A stretch of 62,856 nt of DNA, filler included. It is 6 parts of 6 records of this genome, joined end to end, with 100 filler letters (N's around TTAATTAATTAA, not from the genome) between each part and the next. Parts side by side here need not be neighbours in the genome. Positions count along the whole stretch, not along the records: positions 33,714 to 62,856 come from SRR20825010_7023; 5 more parts are not named here. One strand, written 5' to 3'. Of this stretch, positions 37,136 through 46,466 are shown piece after piece. Positions within the stretch are counted from its first letter, which is position 1. Each line of letters begins with the position of its first letter. The notes under the pieces are model-generated. The model was not told where the DNA came from and made no database searches. It saw nothing but the letters and a program-made list of their open reading frames with translations. Both the position numbers and the translations under genes were made by a program.

Positions 37136-39790
37136 TTATCCAAGTCCCTTGGTTGCAAGTTCGATGACATCCGGCGACAGGCCCGGCTGTCTCAGTATCC
37201 GTTCAAGACATTCCCGCATCATCCGCTGACGGGTTTCGTCATATTTCTTCCAGCGCGTCAGGGGGGCGACCATCCGGGCCGCAACCTGGGGGTTAAGGCC
37301 ATCAAGCTTGATGATCTGATCCGCAAGGAAGTTGTAGCCGGCGCCGTCCAGAGCATGGAAACGCACAGGGTTTCCTGATGCGAATGCCCCGACAAGAGCC
37401 CTCACCCGGTTCGGTGTCCCGATATCGAATTTTGGATGCTCCAGCAGAGCCACAACCTCGGACAGGGTGCCCGGCAAGCTGCTGGTCGCCCGCAGGGTGA
37501 ACCACTTGTCGAGCACCAGCGGTGTGTTCTCCCAACGGTCATGGAACGCTGCAAGAGCCGCCGTCCGTTCCGGACAGTCCGTGCCGTTCAGCGCCTGCAA
37601 AGCGGCCATGGAGTCTGTCATGGTCACGGCATCCGATGCCTGCTTGGCGGCCAGTGCAAGCGCATCAGCCTCCCCGCCAGCAACCAGATAGCCCAGCGCG
37701 ACCGCCTTGAGGGCACGTGAGCCCATCGCCGCGGTGGACATATCGTCAGCAGCGTAGGCCCCGGCCCGACGCTCGTAGAGTACCTTGAAGACATCTGCGT
37801 GCTTCAGGCCAATTTCTTTCCGGGCAGCGCTGCGCACCCGATGGATGGCCTCCGGGTCTGCCGGACGCATGGATTCCGCGAGCACGGACTCGCCGGGCAG
37901 CGTCAAAAGTTCAGCGGCAAAGGCAGGCTCTATCGACGGGTCGCGCAGGATGTCCGCGACAGCATCGTGGAATGCATCCTCAAGAACACTTTCCCGCCCA
38001 TCCCCGGCCGCAGCAAGCAGCATCCGGGTGAGATAGCTTTGTCCTGCATCCCAACGGGCGAAGGGATCGCTGTCATGCTGATAGAGGAAGCGTTCTTCAT
38101 CCGCGCCAAGATTGCTCCGCAACTTCACCGGCGCGGAGAATCCCCGCAGCAGTGAAGGAACCGGCGCTGTTTCGATATTCTCGAATACGAACTCCTGCTC
38201 TTGCCCGGTGACCGGAAGAACCCGGCTTGCCGGTGCTTCATCTACATTCTCCCCGCGCAACTGCAACGGCATCTCCTTGCCCGAACCGTCGAGCAATGCC
38301 ATGGAGAGCGGGATCAGCATCGGCTTCTTGTCGGGCTGCCCGGGTGTCGGCGGTACGATCTGCCGGACTTTCAGTGTCGCGGTTTTTGCTGCCGGGTCAT
38401 GGCTGAGGGAGACTTCAAGCTCCGGGGTTCCTGCCTGGCTGTACCAGAGCCGGAACTGGCCAAGATCGACACCGCTTGCATCTTCCATGGCGGCGACGAA
38501 ATCCTCGCACCGGACGGCCTGACCATCATGCCGCTGGAAATAAAGATCCATGCCTTTCCGGAAGCCGTCCGCGCCCAGCAGGTTGTAGATCATGCGGATG
38601 ACCTCAGCGCCCTTCTCGTAGATCGTGACCGTGTAGAAGTTATTGATCTCGGAATAGCTTTCCGGTCGGATGGGATGGGCGGTCGGGCCGGAATCCTCCG
38701 GGAACTGAGCCGCACGCAGCAGACGCGCATCGGCAACACGCTTCACCCCACGGGAATGCGTGTCGGAGGTGAATTCCTGATCCCGGAACACCGTCAGCCC
38801 TTCCTTCAGGCTGAGCTGGAACCAGTCCCGGCAGGTCACCCTGTTGCCGGTCCAGTTGTGGAAATATTCGTGGGCGACGATGCCTTCCAGCCGTTCATAA
38901 TCGGCATCCGTCGCGGTTTCCGGATCCGCCAGCACGAACTTGCTGTTGAAGATGTTGAGGCCCTTGTTCTCCATCGCCCCCATGTTGAAATGGCTGACGG
39001 CGACGATCATGAACAGATCGAGATCATATTCGAGGCCGAACACCTCCTCGTCCCACTTCATGGAGCGTTTCAGGCTATCCATGGTGTGGGCGCAAAGATG
39101 CTCGTTGCCATGCTCGACATAGACCCGCAGCGCCACGTCCCGGCCTGACATTGTCCGGAAGCTGTCGGAGACACAGGCAAGATCGCCGGCAACGGCCGCG
39201 AACAGATAGGACGGCTTCGGGAACGGGTCGTTCCAGACAGCGAAGTGACGCCCTTCACCCGCGTCGCCGGTCTCGATCAGGTTGCCGTTCGACAGCAGCA
39301 CCGGAAACCGTGCCGCGTCGGCTTCGAGCCGCGTCGTATAGACCGCCATCACGTCGGGCCGGTCGGGAAAATAGGTAATGCGCCGGAATCCTTCCGCCTC
39401 GCATTGGGTGCAATACATGCCCCCGGACATGTAGAGCCCTTCAAGCGCCGTGTTTTTCTCCGGCTCGATCGCCGTCACGACCTCAAGCGTGAATGTATCC
39501 GGTACGCCGTTCAGCGTTAGACGGTCACCGGCAAGCTCGTACCGGTCTTCACCGGCCGAGTCCCCGTTGAGCGTCAGGGAGACCAGCCGAAGTTCCTGAC
39601 CGTCCAGTTCCAACTCGTCGGACAAAGAGGCAGAGTCCGGATTGCGCTTCCCCTTCAGTACAGAGGTGACGATTGTCTCCCCATCACGGAGATCGAAATT
39701 GAGATCGACCGTCTCGATCAGGAAGGTCGGCGGCGCGTAATCCGCAAGCTTCTTCACTTTCGCTCCGGGGACGTTATCAACGCGTTCCAT
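37136..39790 (-). CDS. pepN: Aminopeptidase N
   Basis: TQCEAEGFRRIT, GAMENKG, HEYFH..E zinc motif, YEKGAEV. Confidence 0.98.
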   Translation of the reverse strand: MERVDNVPGAKVKKLADYAPPTFLIETVDLNFDLRDGETIVTSVLKGKRNPDSASLSDELELDGQELRLVSLTLNGDSAGEDRYELAGDRLTLNGVPDTFTLEVVTAIEPEKNTALEGLYMSGGMYCTQCEAEGFRRITYFPDRPDVMAVYTTRLEADAARFPVLLSNGNLIETGDAGEGRHFAVWNDPFPKPSYLFAAVAGDLACVSDSFRTMSGRDVALRVYVEHGNEHLCAHTMDSLKRSMKWDEEVFGLEYDLDLFMIVAVSHFNMGAMENKGLNIFNSKFVLADPETATDADYERLEGIVAHEYFHNWTGNRVTCRDWFQLSLKEGLTVFRDQEFTSDTHSRGVKRVADARLLRAAQFPEDSGPTAHPIRPESYSEINNFYTVTIYEKGAEVIRMIYNLLGADGFRKGMDLYFQRHDGQAVRCEDFVAAMEDASGVDLGQFRLWYSQAGTPELEVSLSHDPAAKTATLKVRQIVPPTPGQPDKKPMLIPLSMALLDGSGKEMPLQLRGENVDEAPASRVLPVTGQEQEFVFENIETAPVPSLLRGFSAPVKLRSNLGADEERFLYQHDSDPFARWDAGQSYLTRMLLAAAGDGRESVLEDAFHDAVADILRDPSIEPAFAAELLTLPGESVLAESMRPADPEAIHRVRSAARKEIGLKHADVFKVLYERRAGAYAADDMSTAAMGSRALKAVALGYLVAGGEADALALAAKQASDAVTMTDSMAALQALNGTDCPERTAALAAFHDRWENTPLVLDKWFTLRATSSLPGTLSEVVALLEHPKFDIGTPNRVRALVGAFASGNPVRFHALDGAGYNFLADQIIKLDGLNPQVAARMVAPLTRWKKYDETRQRMMRECLERILRQPGLSPDVIELATKGLG

Positions 39791-39833
39791 GTCAGCTCCG
39801 CAATTCGGTATGTTCGGTTATTGGGCAGTCGGG

Positions 39834-40604
39834 CTAGTTGGCCATCCAGCCGCCGTCCACCATCAGGTTTTCCCCTGTAATGTAGGTAGCCTCGTCGCTG
39901 GCGAGAAACAGAACCGCATTGGCGACGTCGCGGGGTAGGCCCAGCCGGGGCCAAGGCGTGCGCGCATGCGAGTAGGCCAGGATCGCCGGATCGGTGGCTG
40001 GACCGCTTTTCCCGGTCAGAATCTTGCCCGGTGCCACAGCATTGCAGACGATCCCGTCCGCCGCGTAATCCCCTGCAATCTGCCGGGTCATGTAAACGAC
40101 GGCAGCCTTGCCAGTCCCGTATGCGAAATCGTTGGGCGAGCGAACCATGCCATGCTGCGAGGAGATATTGACGATGCGCCCGCGCACGCCATCCCGCTCC
40201 GGCTGGGAGATCATCTGCTGGATGGCCCGCTTACAGCCAAAGAAAACGCCCCGGGCATTCACGCCCATGACCTTTTCCCAGTCTTCCTCCGTGGTCTCCA
40301 GGATCGGCTTACTGACCCCAATGGCGGCATTGTTCACCATGATGTCGAGCGCTCCATATGTCTCGACCGCAAGCGAGACGGTCGCATCGACAGAGGACCA
40401 GTCGGCAACATCCATCTCCGTGAATACAGCTTCCCCGCCCATTGCCTCGACCTGGTCCAGCGTCTTCTCGCCGCCCTCTCGCGGCTCGTCCGTACGATCG
40501 GCTATCACGATCCGCGCGCCCTCTTCGGCAAACCGGAGCGCGATGGCTTTTCCGATGCCCGAGGCGGCACCGGTAATGAGCGCGGTTCTGTTCTTGAGGC
40601 GCAT
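39834..40604 (-). CDS. Short-chain dehydrogenase/reductase
   Basis: TGAASGIG, NNA, NISS, YGTGK. Confidence 0.95.
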   Translation of the reverse strand: MRLKNRTALITGAASGIGKAIALRFAEEGARIVIADRTDEPREGGEKTLDQVEAMGGEAVFTEMDVADWSSVDATVSLAVETYGALDIMVNNAAIGVSKPILETTEEDWEKVMGVNARGVFFGCKRAIQQMISQPERDGVRGRIVNISSQHGMVRSPNDFAYGTGKAAVVYMTRQIAGDYAADGIVCNAVAPGKILTGKSGPATDPAILAYSHARTPWPRLGLPRDVANAVLFLASDEATYITGENLMVDGGWMAN

Positions 40605-40705
40605 GATATCTCCGGGGTCTGGGCAAGTGCGGCGGTCGGGAGGAAGGATTGCGGCACGCCCGTGAGACGACTAGGTTTCCCTCAACAATAAATGGGGAGG
40701 GTGAT

Positions 40706-41659
40706 TTGGCAATAACCACGACACTGACGGAACGGCTCGGCATAGAACATCCGATACTCTGCGCCCCGATGGCGCGGGTTTCGGGGGGAAAACTGGCGGC
40801 GGCGGTATCGCAGGCAGGAGGGCTTGGTCTGATTGGTGGCGGTTATGGCGACCCGGACTGGATCGACACCGAACTCGCCGCCGCCGGCAATGCCAGAATC
40901 GGCATCGGCTTCATCACCTGGCGCCTTGAACAATTTCCCGATGTCCTCGACCGCGCGCTTGAGCGTCAACCGGCTGCCGTCATGCTTTCCTTTGGCGACG
41001 AGAGACCTTTTGCCGGCAAGATCAAGGCTGCCGGAGCGACGCTCATCGCCCAGGTGCAGAGCCTGGAACAGGCAAAGCGGGCAGCCGATGCGGGCGCCGA
41101 TATTGTTATTGCTCAGGGTGGCGAAGCAGGCGGCCATGGCGCCAATCGGGGCACATTCTCCCTCGTCGCGGAAGTGGTCGATGCCTTGGCCGATATCCCT
41201 GTTGTCGCTGCTGGCGGCATCGCAGATGGGCGCGGGTTGGCGGCCGCACTGATGCTTGGCGCAAGCGGTGTCCTGCTCGGTACCCGCTTTGTTGCAACGG
41301 AAGAGTCCCTGGCACCCGAGCCCGCGAAGCAAGCGGTAGCCCGCGAAAGCGGCGATGTCACCGTGAAAGGCAGTACTTTCGACAAGGCGCGCGGCTTCAA
41401 TTGGCCCGCTCCCTACGCGCTGCGCACCTTCCAGAACAGTTTCGCCGAACGTTGGGAAGGAAAAGACCTACCGGAAAGCGCGATTGCGGAGTTCGAGGAA
41501 GCGGCGGCTGTAGCCAATATGGATATTGCGCCGGTCGTTGCCGGAGAGGCTTCCGGCATTATCCGGGATGTCCCGTCCGCTGCCGATCTGGTGCCCCGGA
41601 TTGTGGCAGAGGCCGAGCAAAAATTAAGGGGCGCCGCAATATTCTGCAGCACCCCCTAA
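40706..41659 (+). CDS. Nitronate monooxygenase family flavoprotein
   Basis: HPILCAPM, AQGGEAGGHG, AAGGIADGRG, LGTRF; TTG start after GGAGG. Confidence 0.9.
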   Translation: MAITTTLTERLGIEHPILCAPMARVSGGKLAAAVSQAGGLGLIGGGYGDPDWIDTELAAAGNARIGIGFITWRLEQFPDVLDRALERQPAAVMLSFGDERPFAGKIKAAGATLIAQVQSLEQAKRAADAGADIVIAQGGEAGGHGANRGTFSLVAEVVDALADIPVVAAGGIADGRGLAAALMLGASGVLLGTRFVATEESLAPEPAKQAVARESGDVTVKGSTFDKARGFNWPAPYALRTFQNSFAERWEGKDLPESAIAEFEEAAAVANMDIAPVVAGEASGIIRDVPSAADLVPRIVAEAEQKLRGAAIFCSTP

Positions 41660-41685
41660 CTGATCAGCAATTGAGAGCCAGGCGA

Positions 41686-42069
41686 TCAGGCCGCCTTGGT
41701 GTCCCGCATGTTGGTGTAAGCCACCGCGCAATGCGTGGAGCAATACGGCCGGCCCGGCGAAACACCATCACCGCAGAATTTGAAGTCCGGAGACTTCGGA
41801 TCACCGATGGGCCAGGAACATTTGTTCCGGTCCCATTCCTGCGCCGCGAGCGGCGATACTTTCCGCTTCTTCGGCTCGACCGGCTTGTCGGAGCGGACAA
41901 TTGGTGACTGCCGCTTCGGCAACCCCATGCGGTGGACTTTGCCCACCACGGCATTCCGCGAAACCCCGAGTTCATTTCCGATCTGCGTGATCGACAATCC
42001 GTCCGCCCAAAGCTGAGTAAGCTGGCTCAGACGATCCTCGGTCCATGCGCTGACTGCGCTATCAGCCAT
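41686..42069 (-). CDS. gcrA: GcrA family cell-cycle regulator
   Basis: WTEDR...LWADGLS..QI...SRNAVVGKVHRMGL HTH; CSWPIGDP...FCG...PYC..H C-terminal domain. Confidence 0.92.
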   Translation of the reverse strand: MADSAVSAWTEDRLSQLTQLWADGLSITQIGNELGVSRNAVVGKVHRMGLPKRQSPIVRSDKPVEPKKRKVSPLAAQEWDRNKCSWPIGDPKSPDFKFCGDGVSPGRPYCSTHCAVAYTNMRDTKAA

Positions 42070-42140
42070 TGTGCCCTCCAAGTGTAACTTCCACTGTCGG
42101 CTGCTCCCCGGCTCAACCGGATGTGCACTGCATCCAAAAG

Positions 42141-42187
42141 ACGCAATATGTTGTGCCGACGCAGGAGGAGACTACTCTTTCTTGTGG
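42141..42187 (-). promoter_or_regulatory. Tandem NrdR-like boxes over the predicted gcrA promoter
   Basis: Minus strand ccaCAAGAAAGAGtag (7/10) and gcaCAACATATTGcgt (9/10 to CWATATATWG), 31 bp apart; TTGAAC-N18-TAGTCT at 42198-42169. Confidence 0.55.
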
Positions 42188-42200
42188 TTATTGTTCAAGG

Positions 42201-42268
42201 TGATTCGGAAATATCGAAACGATTCGCGCCGATTCAAAGACTTACGGGGAAACGTTCTCACAGGACTC
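42201..42268. promoter_or_regulatory. Cluster of four GANTC (CcrM) sites
   Basis: GATTC at 42202, 42221, 42231 and GACTC at 42264; two lie in YGATTCG context. Confidence 0.6.
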
Positions 42269-42378
42269 AAACAGACGCCTGAACCGTGTCCAGCGCCTGC
42301 CCCATTTGCACCCGCGCATGGATGGGGTATGCAGATTGTGAAGATATGCTTTTAACGTGACAATTCGGCGGTCGACAC

Positions 42379-43323
42379 ATGAAAACAGTCCCGAAGCGCG
42401 TTCTTGTGACCGGGGGCGCCGGCTTTGTCGGCTCGCACCTCTGCGAGCGCCTGCTGGAGCGCGGCGACGACGTTCTCTGTGTCGATAATTTCTACACAGG
42501 CATGCGGCATAATGTGGCTCATCTGGTGGATCACGCCAATTTCGAGCTGATGCGGCACGACATCACCTTCCCGCTCTATGTCGAGGTGGATGAGATCTAC
42601 AACCTCGCCTGCCCGGCCTCGCCGATCCACTATCAGCGCGATCCGGTGCAGACCACGAAGACCAGCGTGATCGGCGCCATCAACGTGCTGGGGCTGGCGA
42701 AGCGGGTGAAAGCCAAGGTGCTTCAGGCCTCGACATCCGAAGTCTATGGCGACCCGACGGTGCATCCGCAGACCGAAGAATATTGGGGCAACGTAAACAC
42801 CACCGGTATCCGAGCCTGCTATGACGAGGGCAAGCGCTGCGCCGAAACCCTGTTCTTCGATTACCTGCGCCAGCACAAGCTGCGCATCAAGGTGGCCCGG
42901 ATCTTCAACACCTACGGCCCGCGCATGCATCCGAATGACGGCCGCGTGGTCTCCAACTTCGTGCTCTCCGCCCTGCGTGGCGAGGATCTGACACTCTATG
43001 GCGACGGCAGCCAGACCCGTTCCTTCTGCTTCGTCGACGATCTGGTCGACGGCCTGATGAAGTTGATGGACAGCGAAGACAGCGTAACCGGCCCGATCAA
43101 TCTCGGTAACCCGTCGGAAATGACGGTGAAGGAGCTGGCCGAGACGGTGACGGAGCTGGTCGGCGGCAAGAACGGGATTTCGTACCATCCGCTGCCCCAG
43201 GACGATCCGATGCAGCGCCAGCCGAACATCGGTAAAGCCAAGGCTCTGCTCGGCTGGGAGCCAAAGGTCGATCTCCGCACCGGTCTCGGCAAGACAATCG
43301 ATTATTTCCGCGCGTTTGTGTGA
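42379..43323 (+). CDS. UDP-glucuronic acid decarboxylase (UDP-xylose synthase)
   Basis: [43 protein letters not shown]. Confidence 0.95.
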   Translation: MKTVPKRVLVTGGAGFVGSHLCERLLERGDDVLCVDNFYTGMRHNVAHLVDHANFELMRHDITFPLYVEVDEIYNLACPASPIHYQRDPVQTTKTSVIGAINVLGLAKRVKAKVLQASTSEVYGDPTVHPQTEEYWGNVNTTGIRACYDEGKRCAETLFFDYLRQHKLRIKVARIFNTYGPRMHPNDGRVVSNFVLSALRGEDLTLYGDGSQTRSFCFVDDLVDGLMKLMDSEDSVTGPINLGNPSEMTVKELAETVTELVGGKNGISYHPLPQDDPMQRQPNIGKAKALLGWEPKVDLRTGLGKTIDYFRAFV

Positions 43324-43326
43324 GCG

Positions 43327-44961
43327 TTAGAGTTCGACAACGCAGTCGCACGGGCGGATCGAACTTTTCCGATGGGTGACAACGAGCACCGTCACTTCGT
43401 CCGCCAGCAGGCGCACATAATCCATGATCTCCCGCTCGGTCTCTTCGTCGAGAGCCGAACTGGCCTCGTCAAGGATCAGAAAGGCCGGGTCGGAGTAGAG
43501 CGCGCGGGCAATCGCAACCCGCTGCCGTTCTCCACCCGATAACTTCAGGCCGCGCTCCCCGACCACCGTATCGAAACCATCCGGCATGGCCTCGACACGC
43601 TCAAGAATCGAGGCTCTCCGCGCGGCTTCCCGTAAGCGGTCCGGGTCCGGCTCTCGTCCGAGCGTGATATTCACGCCCACCGTGTCGTTCAGCAGCAGGA
43701 TCTCCTGCGGCACAACCCCGACAGACTGGAGCCATGAAGCCTTGTCGATACCCTGCGCATCCACCCCATCGAGAAATATAACGCCGGCGCTCGGCTCCAT
43801 TGATTTCAGCGCGAGCCTCAGAATTGTCGACTTTCCAGCTCCCGTTTTGCCGGTAATAAAGGTGAGTCGGCCTCTTCTGGCAGTAAAGCTGACATTTTCG
43901 ACACCACTCCCCTCCCCGTAGCTGAAAGAGACGTTCCGGAATTCCAGATCTCCGGCCACTGGTGTGAAGGACAGCAAGCCAGCCTGCGCGCTTTCCTCCG
44001 GTGCATCCCAGATACGGGTAAAGACACGAAATTTTGCGAATGCTTCCGTCAGGCTGTCAATCGCACTCCCGATCATCTGAAAGGGAGCGTTAAGCTGGAG
44101 CAGCAAGGTGTTGAACAGAACAATATCCCCAATAGAGATCGCCCCCTCCTGATACCGGGGCACCAACATGGAAAAGGTGATCGCTATCTGAGTCGCCAAT
44201 GCCACTCCGTAGAGAGCGCTGAAGCCCAGCTTCTTGAGGCAAAAATCCCGCCAGCTCTGATAAGTGCTTTGCGCTCCCTCGGCAAACCGGTCCGTTATCC
44301 AGGTGGTGCTGCTGAAATAGCGCAATGTTTCCATTGAATTCAGCGCGTTGCCGACGAGTTTCGCATTCCTTTGCTGCGTCTCCATTGCTGCATTCAGGAA
44401 TGGCCGGGAGCGTTGGGCTCCCAGATAGGTCAGCCCGACGAAAACAATGCCGTAAACAAGTACAGCCACCGCGACATCAAGATTGATCGCATACCCAAGC
44501 ACGGTCAGCGTCAGCAAAATCTGCACAACACCCGGCGCGAAAACGATCAATCCGAGCTGCAGCAGAATGGCGAGGGCGTCCGTTCCTCGCGCCTGGGCCG
44601 ACTGTATTTCGGTCGGGTTGTGATCGAGGAAGAAGTCCGCGCGTTTCCGCGCCAGCCTTTTGAAAAAACTGATGGAGGCTATGAAACTCAGGCTCTCCGA
44701 GCACATGGCAGATAAATAATTGATCGAATGCTGCAACGCATGCCCAAGGCCCATGAACAGGGCATACGCGATGAAACCGTACAGGAGGTTTTCATAAGAG
44801 GCCGAGGAGGCCGCTTCGTCCACAAGCCGCGAGAACAGGTATGGCGCATATACCGAACTCAAAGAGGAGATAATCACAACAGCGGCGATCAGCAGGATCG
44901 TCAGATATGAGAATTTCCAGAAATCGCGCAGAATCTCTTTTACCGGATGAAATATCCCCAT
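43327..44961 (-). CDS. Fused ABC exporter, permease + ATPase (ABCB/Atm1-like)
   Basis: About 6 TM segments then GKTGAGKST, VPQE, LSGGERQRV, ILDEASSALD, VTHR. Confidence 0.9.
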   Translation of the reverse strand: MGIFHPVKEILRDFWKFSYLTILLIAAVVIISSLSSVYAPYLFSRLVDEAASSASYENLLYGFIAYALFMGLGHALQHSINYLSAMCSESLSFIASISFFKRLARKRADFFLDHNPTEIQSAQARGTDALAILLQLGLIVFAPGVVQILLTLTVLGYAINLDVAVAVLVYGIVFVGLTYLGAQRSRPFLNAAMETQQRNAKLVGNALNSMETLRYFSSTTWITDRFAEGAQSTYQSWRDFCLKKLGFSALYGVALATQIAITFSMLVPRYQEGAISIGDIVLFNTLLLQLNAPFQMIGSAIDSLTEAFAKFRVFTRIWDAPEESAQAGLLSFTPVAGDLEFRNVSFSYGEGSGVENVSFTARRGRLTFITGKTGAGKSTILRLALKSMEPSAGVIFLDGVDAQGIDKASWLQSVGVVPQEILLLNDTVGVNITLGREPDPDRLREAARRASILERVEAMPDGFDTVVGERGLKLSGGERQRVAIARALYSDPAFLILDEASSALDEETEREIMDYVRLLADEVTVLVVTHRKSSIRPCDCVVEL

Positions 44962-45014
44962 GCTCAAACCGCCCCACCCGGAAAATATCAACAATTAATA
45001 TACGCATAATTATT

Positions 45015-45033
45015 GCAAATGATAATCATTCGC
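45015..45033. promoter_or_regulatory. Fur box
   Basis: GCAAATGATAATCATTCGC, 15/19 to GATAATGATAATCATTATC, ~55 bp upstream of the ABC gene start. Confidence 0.75.
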
Positions 45034-45048
45034 TGCACGCGATGCCAA

Positions 45049-45132
45049 TCATGCACGACGCAGTGGCCTGTTGATAGTGGTGGTGGGGAAGGTCTTCTTT
45101 TTTTCGCTCTGTCGTCTGAAGAGCGAAAGCAT
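45049..45132 (-). CDS. Candidate 27-aa small protein (below ORF-track cutoff)
   Basis: GGGAGG 9 nt before ATG; MLSLFRRQSEKKKTFPTTTINRPLRRA*. Confidence 0.3.
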   Translation of the reverse strand: MLSLFRRQSEKKKTFPTTTINRPLRRA

Positions 45133-45258
45133 TCTTGGCCGCCTCCCACTCCCCAATCACATCGCACGTGTTGGGCGCAGGACGCGGTTCCAGGTTTTCT
45201 TATAGTGATCACATACGCGGGAAGCGCGACGGCTGTTGGGCCTTCAGGGACACAGCCT

Positions 45259-46419
45259 TCAAGCCCGCTGATTAAACCGCCGCCCCACGAGCGCGGCCGC
45301 GATGTTCACCTTCTGGATATCGATAGCGCCGCCGGCGATGCCCCAACCCCAGCCGTCACGCAGACGCTGTTCCATGCCGTAGGATTTTGAATAGCCGTAA
45401 GCCCCCATGACCTGCAGGGCGGAGCCGGTGACATCGCGGACGATCTCATTGGCGAAGCATTTGGCGAGACTGGAATCCAGCACGGACGGCAGGCCATCCT
45501 CGGCGTTCTTGGCCGCGCGGTAGATCAGCAGGCGGGACGCCTCCACCCGCATGGCCATCTCGGCCAGCTTCATCTGCACCGCCTGGAATTCCACCAGCTC
45601 CTTGCCGAAGGCCTTGCGCTCCTGGGTATAGGCCAGCGCGGTCTCGAAGGCCGCCGAGGCAATGCCGAGGCACATGGTGGCATTGCCGCAGCGCTCCAGA
45701 TCGAAGGCCTCCATAAGCTGACGGAAGCCGCCTGCCGGAACGATGACGTTCTCTTTCGGGATCTCGACATTGTCGAAGAAGATGTCCGCGCTCGGGATAC
45801 CACGGAAACCCATAAGGCGTTCCCGCTCCCCGAAGCTGACACCCTGCATGCCCTTCTCTACATAAACAGCGCCAATCCCCTTGGCGCCGGGCGCATCGGA
45901 CATCTTGCAATAGGCCACATAAGCCTCCGCATGTCCGCCGCCGGAGCACCAGCGCTTCTGGCCGTTCAGGATCAGCTTGCCGCCCTCTTCCGTCACCCGG
46001 GTCTTCAGGTCAGTCAGCGCCGAGCCTGCATCCGGCTCCGACATGGCGACGGCGACGGTCAGCTCACCGGCACAGACCTTGGGCAACACCTGTTTTGCAA
46101 GCTCCGACGAGGCGAAATGCTCAACCGCGCGGCAAGGTCCGACGGAAGATTCGAAGATCGGAAAGGCAACGGCTGGAGAAACCTTAGCGAACTCCTCCAA
46201 CACGATCAGGGCCTCGAGATTGCCGAGACCGAGTCCGCCATATTCCTCCGCCACGTTGATCCCGAGAAACCCCATCTCCGCATAGCGCTTGATATGCTCC
46301 CGGGACGGCGCTTCGTCCTTTTCCTCAAGCTCGCGGGCGACTTCCGTCATTTCCTGCGTCGCGAAGCTGCGCGCCGTCTCCTGCAATTCGCGCTGCTCGC
46401 TGGTCAGCTGGAAATCCAT
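45259..46419 (-). CDS. Acyl-CoA dehydrogenase
   Basis: AMSEPDAGS, LNGQKRW, ERKAFGK, FQAVQMKLAEM, QVMGAYGY. Confidence 0.95.
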   Translation of the reverse strand: MDFQLTSEQRELQETARSFATQEMTEVARELEEKDEAPSREHIKRYAEMGFLGINVAEEYGGLGLGNLEALIVLEEFAKVSPAVAFPIFESSVGPCRAVEHFASSELAKQVLPKVCAGELTVAVAMSEPDAGSALTDLKTRVTEEGGKLILNGQKRWCSGGGHAEAYVAYCKMSDAPGAKGIGAVYVEKGMQGVSFGERERLMGFRGIPSADIFFDNVEIPKENVIVPAGGFRQLMEAFDLERCGNATMCLGIASAAFETALAYTQERKAFGKELVEFQAVQMKLAEMAMRVEASRLLIYRAAKNAEDGLPSVLDSSLAKCFANEIVRDVTGSALQVMGAYGYSKSYGMEQRLRDGWGWGIAGGAIDIQKVNIAAALVGRRFNQRA

Positions 46420-46466
46420 GAACGTTCCTCCGGATCTTTTTTATTTTCGTTTCAGTTGAAATGAGT

